A program made the position numbers and the translations under genes. Shown here one piece after another: positions 8,661-18,932 of a DNA stretch of 64,000 nucleotides. Origin of the DNA: an uncultured Ignavibacteriaceae bacterium (GTDB taxonomy: Bacteria; Bacteroidota; Ignavibacteria; UBA10030); the NCBI GenBank assembly GCA_964534125.1, contig CAZHOJ010000002.1, positions 68,696-132,695 on the forward strand, read 5' to 3'. The notes beneath the pieces are model-generated. The model did no database searches, was not told where the DNA came from, and saw only the letters and a program-made list of their open reading frames with translations. Position 1 is the stretch's first letter. Each line of letters opens with the position of its first letter.

Positions 8661-11035
8661 CAGCAAGGCCTGCCGTCCGTATCGCGGTCCTTCTTGCTGC
8701 CGGCATCTTCATCGCACAGGAAGCACAGCTCCCTGCGGCGATGTGGTACGCCGTCTTCCTCTGTAACGCCCTCCTTGCGTTCATCTTCTCATCATTCTGG
8801 CGCGCCCCGTCCGGCCAGACACGGCACCATGGTATGCTCCGGGACGGTTCGTACAATACCTCGATACTCTGTCTCGGTGCAACGCTCCTTGCCGTCACCG
8901 GGCAGAACGATGCCAGACATCGGCTTGACCCGCCCTATCCGGACTATCCTGTGCAGGCATGGGGTTGGGTCGCAACTCCCCTCAATCCCACCCGGACGGG
9001 CCACTCTTTTGTTCTGGCCACGGATTCTATCGTATCTCCCGGATGGATGGACAGGAGCGAGAGGGACGTGGTGGTCTACGTCGGTTCGCGCGTGGCCGGT
9101 CGACGGCCGCTTCCCGGTACGAGGATCGCTCTCGCCGGCACGCTTGAGCGGTTCCCCCGTGCCCGTAATCCCGGTGAGCACGACTATGGCGTCACGCTGG
9201 ATGTGCTGGGCATTTCCGGCGTCCTCAGGGGAACATCGTGGGTCATAGACACGACCGTATCGATCGGACCTCTGCAGAGCGTCGTTGGATCGATCCAGGA
9301 CAGATTATACCGCTGGATCGACGCGCTGCACCCGGGTGAACACGGATCGTTCGTCAAGGGCATTATTCTCGGGTACCGCGCTGATCTGCCGGAGGATCTT
9401 AAGGAGGCCTTCATGCTCACCGGTACGGTGCACATCCTTGCCGTATCCGGCTCGAACGTCGCCCTCATTGCCCTCATCGTCATGGTGTGTTCGGGATTCC
9501 TCCGGGTCGGACGCGTTATCAGGGTCGGGCTCACCATCGCAGGTATGCTCTTTTATATGATGGTCACGGGTGGTGGGCCGTCGATCACCCGGGCCACCAT
9601 CATGGGGATCACAGTCGTGCTCCTCACATTCCTGCCGCGTCGCGGAGATGTTATCCAATCACTGGGAGTCTCGGCAACCATCCTGCTCCTGCTCGATCCC
9701 CGGAACCTCTTCGACGCCGGATTCCTGCTTTCGTTCGCGTCTGTGATCTGGATCGTAACGGGCAACGATGCCCTCCAACGTTTCATCAGACGGATGCCGG
9801 AAGAGTTCAGGGAATCCCCCGGGGTCCGCTCAGCACTCCAGTTGTGCGGTGTCTCCCTCCTCGCTCAGCTCGGGACAATTCCCGTGTCGGCGTTGTTCTT
9901 CGGCCAGATATCCCTCATATCTGTCTTCGCCAATCTCCTTGTTGTTCCGCTGTCGGCGATCGTCTTGCTCCTTGGAGTGGCTGAGCTGTCGTTCTACGGG
10001 ATGCTGCCCGTGCTTGCCTCGCCATACGCAGCTGCGAATGGTCTGGTGATAGATGTTCTCTTGGGGTTCGTGCGCCTTGTCTCCCAGGTGTCATTCGCAT
10101 CTGTCGAGATCCATCTTGGTGGGCTCGCCGAAGCGGTCCTGCTCTACTGCGTCTTTGTCGCGGTGGTGTGGTGGTCTATCACACGTGTCCGGAACACCGC
10201 CATACTCGCCGGCGTTCTTTGCCTGAATCTGATGGTGTGGCCCGCAGCGCTCAGGCCGCCTGGCGGCAGCTTCGAATGGATCGCAGTCGATGTCGGTCAG
10301 GGGGATGCTCACATCGTCAGGACCCCCGAGGGCAGGACCATGCTCATCGATGCAGCTCCTCAGGAACGCACTGCCGAACGGACACTGCTTCCGGTTCTCG
10401 AACATCTGGGGGTCGATGAGATCGATCTCCTGGTCATTTCACACCCCCATTGGGATCATATCGCAGGACTCGGTGTGTTGCTCGACCATGTTCCCGTCCG
10501 TACATTGGTCCTCACAGACTCTGTCAGCCTTCGGGAAGACGTGCTGGAGAGCATCGACGCGAAAGGGATACTCGTTCTCCGGGCGCGGACTGGTGACGTC
10601 CTGCCGTTCGGCTCCGGGGTTCGATGCTACGTCCTTCACCCGGGTATCGTCCGTCCGTGGGAGGGGTGGAACAACAATTCGCTCGTCCTTTCGGTGCGTT
10701 ATGGCAGTACGGGCGTCCTGTTCACGGGAGATCTGGAGGAAGAGGGAGAAGAAGTTGTCGTTGCCAGATACGGTGATTTTCTGCGGAGCGACCTCTTGAA
10801 GGCCGGCCACCATGGCAGCAGCACATCCACGAGCCCCGTGCTGCTCGGGGCTGTTCAGCCGGCAGATGCGATCGTGTCGGTCGGTTGGAGGAATCGGTTC
10901 GGACATCCTTCTCCTGAGCGTGAAGCGCTCCTGCGGGACCGCGATGTCGGGATCCACAAAACGTCCGAGCAGGGTGCGCAATGGTGGCGAAGCGATGGGT
11001 ATGTGTGGGACCATGCATCCTGGACACTTCACTGA
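8624..11035 (+). CDS. comEC: DNA internalisation competence protein ComEC/Rec2 with C-terminal metallo-beta-lactamase domain
   Basis: Polytopic membrane core plus MBL motifs VDVGQGDA, HPHWDH, KAGHHGS; the start overlaps the upstream gene by about 37 nt, so the true start is uncertain. Confidence 0.85.
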   Translation: MPQRSNAIQRGVAARPAVRIAVLLAAGIFIAQEAQLPAAMWYAVFLCNALLAFIFSSFWRAPSGQTRHHGMLRDGSYNTSILCLGATLLAVTGQNDARHRLDPPYPDYPVQAWGWVATPLNPTRTGHSFVLATDSIVSPGWMDRSERDVVVYVGSRVAGRRPLPGTRIALAGTLERFPRARNPGEHDYGVTLDVLGISGVLRGTSWVIDTTVSIGPLQSVVGSIQDRLYRWIDALHPGEHGSFVKGIILGYRADLPEDLKEAFMLTGTVHILAVSGSNVALIALIVMVCSGFLRVGRVIRVGLTIAGMLFYMMVTGGGPSITRATIMGITVVLLTFLPRRGDVIQSLGVSATILLLLDPRNLFDAGFLLSFASVIWIVTGNDALQRFIRRMPEEFRESPGVRSALQLCGVSLLAQLGTIPVSALFFGQISLISVFANLLVVPLSAIVLLLGVAELSFYGMLPVLASPYAAANGLVIDVLLGFVRLVSQVSFASVEIHLGGLAEAVLLYCVFVAVVWWSITRVRNTAILAGVLCLNLMVWPAALRPPGGSFEWIAVDVGQGDAHIVRTPEGRTMLIDAAPQERTAERTLLPVLEHLGVDEIDLLVISHPHWDHIAGLGVLLDHVPVRTLVLTDSVSLREDVLESIDAKGILVLRARTGDVLPFGSGVRCYVLHPGIVRPWEGWNNNSLVLSVRYGSTGVLFTGDLEEEGEEVVVARYGDFLRSDLLKAGHHGSSTSTSPVLLGAVQPADAIVSVGWRNRFGHPSPEREALLRDRDVGIHKTSEQGAQWWRSDGYVWDHASWTLH

Positions 11036-11053
11036 TCGGAATACGGAGCGAGC

Positions 11054-12703
11054 ATGACTGAAGAAGAAATTCAGGCACGGCGTGAGCGATGGGAGAAAGA
11101 GACGCGGGATCCGTCACTTCGCGGCAAGTCGGTCGACCCTGAAGCCTTCAGGACTGATTCCGGCATACCGGTCGAGGAGGTCTACGCATTCTTTTCGGAC
11201 CCCGAACTTGCGCGAACAGGGTTCCCCGGTGAGTTCCCCTTCACGCGTGGCGTTCATCCCACGATGTATCGGGGGAGGCCGTGGACGATGCGGCAGTATG
11301 CGGGATTCGGGACCGCTGAGGAATCGAACAAACGGTACAGATACCTCATCGACCATGGTACAACAGGGTTGTCTGTTGCATTCGACCTCCCGACGCAGAT
11401 AGGGTATGATTCGGACCATGCCATGGCCGAAGGGGAGGTGGGGAAGGTCGGCGTTGCCATCGATTCCATCGACGACATGCGTCGCCTGTTCGACGGCATC
11501 GCTCTGGACAAGGTTTCCACTTCTATGACCATCAATGCGACTGCGCCCATCCTGCTCGCGCTCTATGTTGCACATGCGCAAGGACAGGGGATTGAACCGG
11601 GCGCCCTGTCCGGGACGGTACAGAACGATATTTTGAAGGAATACGCTGCCCGCGGCACCTACATATTCCCCCCGGCACCCTCCTTGCGGTTCGTCACGGA
11701 TGTCTTTGAATGGTGCAGCGGGCACATGCCACGATGGAACACCATATCGGTGAGCGGATACCACATCCGGGAAGCTGGTTCAACCGCGGTGCAGGAGCTT
11801 GCCTTCACGCTCGCAAATGCGATCGCCTATGTCCAGTCCGCAGTCGATCGCGGTCTTGATGCCGATGTGGTGGGGAAGCAGATCTCCTTCTTCTTCAATG
11901 CGCACAACACCTTCTTCGAGGAGGTCGCGAAGTTTCGTGCTGCACGCCGGTTGTGGGCGCACATCATGAAGGACCGTTTCGGCGCACAGCGGCCGGAGAG
12001 CATGAAGCTCCGGTTCCATGCGCAGACCGGCGGCTCGACCCTCACAGCACAGCAGATCGACACGAACGTCGTGCGTGTGACCATCCAGGCTCTTGCGGCC
12101 GTGCTCGGCGGATGCCAATCGCTGCATACGAACTCCCGCGATGAGGCTCTCGCCCTGCCGACGGAAGATTCCGCGCGTCTGGCGCTTCGCACCCAGCAGG
12201 TCATCGCGTATGAGACGGGAGTGACGCACACGGTCGATCCGCTCGGGGGTTCGTTCTTCGTTGAGTCCCTCACCGATGAGATGGAACGGCACGTCCTCGA
12301 ATACCTGGACAAGATCGACGGGATGGGGGGGGCGGTGCGGGCCATCGAGAAGTCCTTCATTCAGAGCGAGATCGCCGCAAGCTCATATGCGTACCAGAAG
12401 AGCATTGAACAGGGGAGCAAGACCATCGTCGGCGTCAATGCGTTCACGATGGAAGAGGACGTTCGGCCTGAGCTTCACACGATAGATCCGTCCCTCCAGA
12501 AGCGGCAGATCGAACGGGTACGTGCTCACAGGGAGCAACGTAATGCAAGGGCATGGGAAACGTCCATGAAGGAGGTCCGGGAATGTGCGGTTGAGGGGAG
12601 AAACCTCATGCCTGCCTTGATTCCAGCGGTGATCGCCGGGGCAACAGTCGGAGAGATATCCGGCGTGCTTCGGGAGGTCTGGGGCGAGTACGACGGGGGC
12701 TGA
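11054..12703 (+). CDS. Methylmalonyl-CoA mutase family, catalytic (large-subunit) domain only
   Basis: [30 protein letters not shown]...[11 protein letters not shown] signature of MCM/ICM catalytic TIM barrel; the 549 aa lack the C-terminal B12-binding domain. Confidence 0.9.
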   Translation: MTEEEIQARRERWEKETRDPSLRGKSVDPEAFRTDSGIPVEEVYAFFSDPELARTGFPGEFPFTRGVHPTMYRGRPWTMRQYAGFGTAEESNKRYRYLIDHGTTGLSVAFDLPTQIGYDSDHAMAEGEVGKVGVAIDSIDDMRRLFDGIALDKVSTSMTINATAPILLALYVAHAQGQGIEPGALSGTVQNDILKEYAARGTYIFPPAPSLRFVTDVFEWCSGHMPRWNTISVSGYHIREAGSTAVQELAFTLANAIAYVQSAVDRGLDADVVGKQISFFFNAHNTFFEEVAKFRAARRLWAHIMKDRFGAQRPESMKLRFHAQTGGSTLTAQQIDTNVVRVTIQALAAVLGGCQSLHTNSRDEALALPTEDSARLALRTQQVIAYETGVTHTVDPLGGSFFVESLTDEMERHVLEYLDKIDGMGGAVRAIEKSFIQSEIAASSYAYQKSIEQGSKTIVGVNAFTMEEDVRPELHTIDPSLQKRQIERVRAHREQRNARAWETSMKEVRECAVEGRNLMPALIPAVIAGATVGEISGVLREVWGEYDGG

Positions 12704-12763
12704 TTTTGTCGGCCCCTTTTTGCACCTTTCAGGAGAGAGTGAAAGGAGGCCATAGCGCACGTT

Positions 12764-14686
12764 GTGACTGCATGGGGAATGACATCCTGCCGCGTCATTC
12801 CTCGACCACACCGAAGACGATCCTGCGTCTGGAGTACGGTACGCACCGCATCCGTGCGTACACATGCGGCTCTGGTGCTCACGCTGGTCGTGTACGGGCT
12901 CCTGCCGGGTCAATCCGAGCGGATGGCTGTCGAGGGAAGCATTCAGCTCGACGACGCGAGCGTTCCCCGGGACGCGCACATCCGCGTCCTGCGCCCTGAC
13001 GGATCGGTCGCCCGCACCATCTCCCCATATGCCTCGAATCCCTCACGGTTCGGCGTTCGGTTCAGCGCACAGGATGGGTTCCTTCCCGGCGACTCCATGT
13101 CCTTTCGCATCGTTCTTTCGGAACGTGATTCGTTCCCGGCCCGCATCGCCGGCTCTCCATTGTACTACCAGCCGTCGCCTCCACAGGAGCTCGCCGTCAG
13201 CCGCATTCTGCTCTTCCGGAACCACCTTCCCGTGATCCGGCGGCCGCTGCCCGATACGGTGATCAACGAACAGGACTTCTTCCGGTTCAAGATCACTGCG
13301 CAGGACGCAGACGGTGATCGACTGATACACCGTTTCGTCTCAGCTGCCCCCGGTGCTTATATCGACTACCGCAACGGATATATCACATGGACGCCCGGGT
13401 ATGATCAGGCGGGCACATACGAATTCGTCATCGGTGTCGCAGATGATATGGAAGAGGCGTTCAGCCGGGCGTCCCGCATCGTCGTCCGCAATCTCAACCG
13501 GCCACCCCGCATCGTCGGGCAACCGGAGGACCGGATAGTCCAGGAAGGTGAGGTGCTGACCGTTCACATCGATGCTGTCGATGAGGACGGAGACTCTCTG
13601 AGCTATTATCTGCTCGAGAACGAGTACAAGGCCTCGTTCTACAGCCCGAACGGTGTCTTCAATTGGCCGCTCGATCACTCATCGGCCGGCGGCTATCAGT
13701 TCATCTGCGTCATATCGGATGGCGAGATCTCCGACACATCCTTCCCGTTCCGTGTCCTGGTCCAGAACACGAACCGCAGTCCTGCGTTCCGGACATCGCT
13801 GTTCGATACCATCGCAGTTGAAGGAGAGATGCTCCAGTACGGGTATGAGGCAGAAGATCCCGATGGAGATCCGGTGTACTATGCCCTCGAGTTGGCCCCC
13901 GAGGGCGTCAACTTGACTCCCGAAGGTCACCTCAGCTGGACGCCCGCGTTCGACCAGGCAGGATCGTACATCATCATCGTCAGCAGCTCCGACGGGTCTG
14001 CCGCATCAGAATCTGTCGCCCGGGTCACTGTGCTGAACAGGAACAGACGGCCTGCGTTCGTTCAGCCTGTCATCCCGATCGTCCGGAGGAACCCCACGTA
14101 CTATGAAGGATCGTACATCGAGCTGACGTGGCCATCCGCTCAGGACCCGGATGCCGATGATACGCTCCGTTACTCGATGCGGCTGATGGGGAGGGACCTT
14201 GATACGACATTTACGGACATTGCAGATACGAGCCTGGGATTCCTCGGAGGAGGGGTACTGGGGAGCGGCAACGAATTCCGCTGGATGGTCACCGTGACCG
14301 ATGGGTATGAGTCGGTCGTCCTGCGGGATACCTCATCATTCCGTCTTGTCCCGCGCCCGGCGGTCCTGACGGAGGAACCGACCGTCGGTGATGTTCAGTT
14401 CTCATTTGCTCTGGGACCGGGATCATCCGAATCTAACTCGTCAGCCACGGCCATTACCTACTCGCTCGCGGAGAGGAGTGATATCGTGCTTGCAGTGTAT
14501 ACGATGCTCGGGGAGAGGATCGTGACGCTGGAGGAGGGGGAGCGGGACGCTGGAACATATCAGGCCCTGTTCGATGCAGCAACACTTCCAAGCGGTATCT
14601 ACATGTTCAAACTGGAGGCACATCCCCTCGAGGGGAACCGGCTGCGCGATTTCGTCAGCACGCGCAGAATGGTTCTGGTGAGATGA
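12764..14686 (+). CDS. Secreted protein with repeated cadherin-like / putative-Ig (dystroglycan-type) domains and a T9SS C-terminal sorting domain
   Basis: Signal peptide, at least four repeats carrying D(A/E/P)DGD Ca-binding-like motifs, and a C-terminal about 80 aa Por_Secre_tail-like segment (DIVLAVYTMLGERIVTL...GIYMFKLEA). Confidence 0.75.
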   Translation: MTAWGMTSCRVIPRPHRRRSCVWSTVRTASVRTHAALVLTLVVYGLLPGQSERMAVEGSIQLDDASVPRDAHIRVLRPDGSVARTISPYASNPSRFGVRFSAQDGFLPGDSMSFRIVLSERDSFPARIAGSPLYYQPSPPQELAVSRILLFRNHLPVIRRPLPDTVINEQDFFRFKITAQDADGDRLIHRFVSAAPGAYIDYRNGYITWTPGYDQAGTYEFVIGVADDMEEAFSRASRIVVRNLNRPPRIVGQPEDRIVQEGEVLTVHIDAVDEDGDSLSYYLLENEYKASFYSPNGVFNWPLDHSSAGGYQFICVISDGEISDTSFPFRVLVQNTNRSPAFRTSLFDTIAVEGEMLQYGYEAEDPDGDPVYYALELAPEGVNLTPEGHLSWTPAFDQAGSYIIIVSSSDGSAASESVARVTVLNRNRRPAFVQPVIPIVRRNPTYYEGSYIELTWPSAQDPDADDTLRYSMRLMGRDLDTTFTDIADTSLGFLGGGVLGSGNEFRWMVTVTDGYESVVLRDTSSFRLVPRPAVLTEEPTVGDVQFSFALGPGSSESNSSATAITYSLAERSDIVLAVYTMLGERIVTLEEGERDAGTYQALFDAATLPSGIYMFKLEAHPLEGNRLRDFVSTRRMVLVR

Positions 14687-15495
14687 TCATGTCCTATCCC
14701 CGCGCTACCACGTCCACATTGAAGTCCCTGCGGTCTCTGAAGCGGAAAGGCCCACGGGCGGAAACGGGGCTTTTCCTCGTCGAAGGTCCGAAGCTCATCC
14801 GGGAAGCGTTCGCTGCCTCATGGGAGATAACGTCCCTGCTCGTTGTGCCCGCAGAAATGTCGCGGCACGATGCGATACGTGATGTTCTCGCTGACGCTGA
14901 GGCCGCAGGCATCGTCGTTCAGCAGTGTGCGCCGAAGGACATGGCCTCCATCTCTGAGACAGAGCAATCGCAGGGCATCCTTGCGACGGTACATAAGCGT
15001 CAGTCCCGGATGATGGACATCCCCGAGGAGGCGCACATCATCCTTGCGCTCGATGGCGTTCAGGACCCCGGCAACGTCGGGACGTGCATCCGGTCAGCAG
15101 CCTGGTTCGGGGCCGCCGGTGTGGTCCTAGGGGCGGGGTGTGCATCCCTGTTCAACGACAAGACCATCAGGGCCTCGGCAGGCTCCATCTTTCATCTTCC
15201 TTGCGTCGAAGACAATGACCTCGCAGGCATCCTCCGTGGCAAGAGGTCGCAAGGATATCACGTCATCGGTGCGGATGGGCACGCACCCCGGCTGTACACC
15301 GAATTGTCCGAGTGTCATCGTCTGGTTCTCGTCCTTGGAAGCGAGGCCGCAGGCCTGTCTCCGGATGTTCGTGCATCGGTTGAGACACTCGTCTCCATCC
15401 CGCGTCAGGGCCATGGGGAATCGTTGAATGTCTCGATCGCCGGATCTATCATCCTCGCGCATTGTGCGCACTTCCACGGCAGCGGAGAGCTATGA
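14683..15495 (+). CDS. TrmH/SpoU-family RNA 2'-O-methyltransferase (RlmB-like)
   Basis: SpoU methylase motifs LVEGPKLI, LDGVQDPGNVGT.IRSA, LVLGSEAAGLS, SLNVS. Confidence 0.85.
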   Translation: MIMSYPRATTSTLKSLRSLKRKGPRAETGLFLVEGPKLIREAFAASWEITSLLVVPAEMSRHDAIRDVLADAEAAGIVVQQCAPKDMASISETEQSQGILATVHKRQSRMMDIPEEAHIILALDGVQDPGNVGTCIRSAAWFGAAGVVLGAGCASLFNDKTIRASAGSIFHLPCVEDNDLAGILRGKRSQGYHVIGADGHAPRLYTELSECHRLVLVLGSEAAGLSPDVRASVETLVSIPRQGHGESLNVSIAGSIILAHCAHFHGSGEL

Positions 15496-16424
15496 ATCTG
15501 ATCGCGGGATTTTCCGTCGGCCACTGGACCAATGCGGACGCGTGCACAGGGTGTACCGTCATTCTCTGTCCTCCGTCGACCGTAGCGAGCTGCGAGGTGC
15601 GCGGTAGTTCTCCGGGAAGCCGTGAGCTTGCACTGCTTGCGCCCGACAAAAAACTGAATGAGGTCCACGCGCTGCTGTTGACCGGTGGAAGCGCGTTCGG
15701 CCTTGCGGCGGCGGATGGTGTCGTCCGTTGGCTTGAAGAGCACGACCGCGGATATCAGACCCCCTGGGGAAAGGTTCCGATCGTTCCTGCAGCGGTCATT
15801 TTCGATCTGAACCTGGGGCCGTGGAACGTTCGTCCCGGCCCGGCGGAGGGATATGCGGCATGTGAGTCGGCAACGAACGACATCAGGACCCAAGGGAACA
15901 TCGGTGCCGGGTGCGGTGCGACGGTCGGGAAATGGAACGGGATGGAAAACAGGATGAAGGGTGGATTCGGATGCTCAGAGGTCCGGAAGGAGACCCTCAT
16001 TGTCCAGGCATGTGCGATCGTGAACGCCGTCGGCGACGTGCTCGCGCCGGATGGGACCATCATTGCCGGAGCCCGAACAGGCGATGGAGGCTTTGCCGCA
16101 ACGGTGCGCGATGGGCGCATGCCCGCCGCCAAAGGCACAGCCGATCTGACGAACACAACGCTCGTCGCGATCATGACCAACGCGCGCCTCGACAAGCGCG
16201 ACTGTTTCCGGGTGACGCAGCGGGTCCATGACGGATTTGCACGTGCCATCGTGCCCGTGCACACCTCCTACGACGGGGATGTCTCGTTCGTCCTGTCGAA
16301 CGGTAACGTGGAGGCAGACCTCGATATGGTGGCGGAGGAAAGCGCGCGTGTCGCTGCAGAGGCGATACGGAATGCGGTCACCGCAGCGACACCGCTTGCA
16401 GGAGTTCCTGCCGCACGCGGGTGA
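15492..16424 (+). CDS. Peptidase family S58 (DmpA/L-aminopeptidase D-Ala-esterase-like)
   Basis: N-terminal GFSVGHWTN..GCTVIL and GSxxG segments typical of DmpA/ArgJ-fold Ntn-hydrolases; ATGA overlap with the upstream stop. Confidence 0.7.
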   Translation: MNLIAGFSVGHWTNADACTGCTVILCPPSTVASCEVRGSSPGSRELALLAPDKKLNEVHALLLTGGSAFGLAAADGVVRWLEEHDRGYQTPWGKVPIVPAAVIFDLNLGPWNVRPGPAEGYAACESATNDIRTQGNIGAGCGATVGKWNGMENRMKGGFGCSEVRKETLIVQACAIVNAVGDVLAPDGTIIAGARTGDGGFAATVRDGRMPAAKGTADLTNTTLVAIMTNARLDKRDCFRVTQRVHDGFARAIVPVHTSYDGDVSFVLSNGNVEADLDMVAEESARVAAEAIRNAVTAATPLAGVPAARG

Positions 16425-16969
16425 TGTCAGAAGCTGGAATCGGGAGCGAAACCGGCGTATATTGGCACCTCGAACATTGCTCACCACTTCGATCTCGTCG
16501 CTCATTGCCAGTCTTCACATCGGAATTTGTTGAGGTCATCGTCTTTCGCCGCAAGGGAAGGCAGTTGTCCTTCCTGTTGCTGAAGAGGTCCACGAACGAG
16601 AAGCCGTATCCAGGTATCTGGCAGGTCGTCAGCGGCAGGCGGCGACGGTCGGAGCGCCCCGTCAGCACAGCTATCCGGGAGGTCCGCGAAGAGACCGGCG
16701 CTGCACCTGTCGGGCTCTGGGTCCTGCCGTTCGTGAACACTTTCTATGCGCCAGCGGGTGATGCTGTCCATGTCGTACCGACCTTCGCAGCAGAGGTTCG
16801 GTCCGCAGCGAAGATCAGGCTCTCGGGGGAGCATGACGACTACGCCTGGGTATCACGCCGCGTCGCAGGTTCCCGCGTACAATGGCCGGCACACCTGACG
16901 ATGATGGACCTTGTTCGAACGTATGTTCTGAAGCCGAAAAGCGCCGTGCATCGCATCGCCGTTCCATGA
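16421..16969 (+). CDS. NUDIX hydrolase
   Basis: Nudix box G(R)x5Ex7REVREETG (SGRRRRSERPVSTAIREVREETG); the start may be further downstream. Confidence 0.8.
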   Translation: MMSEAGIGSETGVYWHLEHCSPLRSRRSLPVFTSEFVEVIVFRRKGRQLSFLLLKRSTNEKPYPGIWQVVSGRRRRSERPVSTAIREVREETGAAPVGLWVLPFVNTFYAPAGDAVHVVPTFAAEVRSAAKIRLSGEHDDYAWVSRRVAGSRVQWPAHLTMMDLVRTYVLKPKSAVHRIAVP

Positions 16970-16972
16970 TCT

Positions 16973-17902
16973 GTGAAAGGAGTATCTGTGAGTCTTCTCG
17001 TCGTCGGTTCTGTTGCCCTTGATTCTGTCGAGACACCGTTCGGGAAGGTCAATGATGCCCTGGGAGGCTCAGCGACCTACATCTCGACCTCCGCAGCTTT
17101 CTTTACCACGCCTGTTCGCGCCGTCGGCGTGGTGGGTGGGGACTTTCCAAAGGAATACCTCAGGTTCCTCGAAGAACGCGGGATCGACCTGGACGGCATT
17201 CAGGTGGTGCAGGATGGAAAGACCTTCCGCTGGTCGGGCCGGTATCATTATGACCTCAATAACCGCGACACGCTCCTCACGGAACTCAATGTGTTCAGCG
17301 AGTTCGACCCGCAGATCCCGGACTCCTACCGGAAGAGCGCTTACGTGTGCCTGGGAAATATCCATCCGGACCTGCAGCGAAAGGTGCTCGAACAGATCGA
17401 GCGTCCTCGGCTTGTCGTCGGCGACACGATGAATTACTGGATTGAGACGACCCCGAAAGAGCTGGAACGGACGCTGTCCGTCATCGACGTTCTCATTCTC
17501 AACGATTCCGAAGCGCGGCTGCTGGCGAAGGAGCCGAGCCTCATCAAGGCTGCCCGCATCATCCGTTCGATGGGGCCGAAGACAGTGATCATCAAGAAGG
17601 GAGAGCACGGTGCGCTTCTGGTGACCGAATCGACGACCTTTTCGGCGCCGGCGTATCCCCTCGAGACGCTGTATGATCCAACCGGTGCCGGTGATTCATT
17701 CGCCGGAGGATTCATCGGATGGCTCGCGAAGACCGAGGACCTCTCAGATGAGAACCTCAAGCGCGCGGTCATCTACGGAAGCGCCCTCGCTTCCTTCTGC
17801 GTCGAGAAGTTCAGCGTTGACGGGCTTCGTGACCTGTCGACCCTGATGATCCAGGACCGATTCCGTGCCTTCCTGCAGCTGTCCAGATTTGACGAAGCAT
17901 AG
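16973..17902 (+). CDS. PfkB-family carbohydrate/nucleoside kinase
   Basis: C-terminal DPTGAGDSFAGGF anion-hole motif and N-terminal VGS.ALD motif of the ribokinase family. Confidence 0.85.
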   Translation: MKGVSVSLLVVGSVALDSVETPFGKVNDALGGSATYISTSAAFFTTPVRAVGVVGGDFPKEYLRFLEERGIDLDGIQVVQDGKTFRWSGRYHYDLNNRDTLLTELNVFSEFDPQIPDSYRKSAYVCLGNIHPDLQRKVLEQIERPRLVVGDTMNYWIETTPKELERTLSVIDVLILNDSEARLLAKEPSLIKAARIIRSMGPKTVIIKKGEHGALLVTESTTFSAPAYPLETLYDPTGAGDSFAGGFIGWLAKTEDLSDENLKRAVIYGSALASFCVEKFSVDGLRDLSTLMIQDRFRAFLQLSRFDEA

Positions 17903-18932
17903 AACCTACGACCCGCTCTCCTGGCGCGATGGTACGGTACGATATCTCGACCAGGTGCTCCTTCCTCACACGGTATCCTACTCCGAGACGTCACGGTACG
18001 AGGACATCGTCGGGGCGATCCGATGTCTGTCCATCCGAGGTGCGCCGCTCATAGGTATTGCGGGGGCGTATGCTGTCGTGCTTGTAGCCCGTCAGCACCC
18101 CGATGATCGGTCGGCATTCGTTCATGCGGTGGAGCAGATCGCGAACGCACGCCCGACAGCTGCGAATCTGCGGTACGCAGTCGACCGTCTCCTTCGAAGG
18201 CTCGGCGATGAAGAGCCGGGGAGCGATCGCGGTGTTTCCATTCTGCTCACCGAAGCGCAACGGATCCATGACGAGACCCGGGCAGCAGATGAGGCCATCG
18301 CCCACGGGGGCGCTTCCCTGCTGAGGGAGCCGTCAGGCATCCTGACGATCTGTAACACAGGACCGCTTGCCACAGGCGGCCATGGAACGGCTTTCGGAGT
18401 CATCGAAGAAGCGTGGCGTCGGGGGATGGTCCGTGAGCTGTATGCATGCGAGACACGTCCGCTCCTGCAGGGAGCACGCCTTACGATGTGGGAGCTTCGG
18501 CAGGCCGGTATTCCCGGCATCCTGGTCCATGACAGCGCAGCGGGGACGCTCTTTCTTGAGAGGCGGATAGACGCCGTGATAGTCGGAGCTGACCGCATTG
18601 CAGCGAACGGCGACACGGCAAACAAGGTCGGCACGTATGTCCTCGCCTGCCTGGCGGACCGGCATCGGGTGCCATTCTATGTGGCAGCACCCTCGTCCAC
18701 CATCGACGGGAAAACACCTGACGGAACGGGCATTCCCATCGAAGAGCGCAGCCCGGCTGAGGTGGTCACCTTTGCCGGACAGCAGACGGCCCCCGAGGGC
18801 ACGTCCGTTCGATCGCCAGCCTTCGACGTTACTCCGAATGCCCTGATAACCGGGATCATCACAGAAAGGGGCGTCTTCCGGCCGCCATATGACTTTCGCA
18901 GTGCTGGCGTCGCGCCGCCGGGAACATCATGA
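17865..18932 (+). CDS. mtnA: Methylthioribose-1-phosphate isomerase (eIF-2B alpha/beta/delta family)
   Basis: W.DG.V..LDQ..LP N-terminus and IGADRIA.NGDTANK.GT core of MtnA/eIF2B. Confidence 0.8.
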   Translation: MPSCSCPDLTKHRTYDPLSWRDGTVRYLDQVLLPHTVSYSETSRYEDIVGAIRCLSIRGAPLIGIAGAYAVVLVARQHPDDRSAFVHAVEQIANARPTAANLRYAVDRLLRRLGDEEPGSDRGVSILLTEAQRIHDETRAADEAIAHGGASLLREPSGILTICNTGPLATGGHGTAFGVIEEAWRRGMVRELYACETRPLLQGARLTMWELRQAGIPGILVHDSAAGTLFLERRIDAVIVGADRIAANGDTANKVGTYVLACLADRHRVPFYVAAPSSTIDGKTPDGTGIPIEERSPAEVVTFAGQQTAPEGTSVRSPAFDVTPNALITGIITERGVFRPPYDFRSAGVAPPGTS

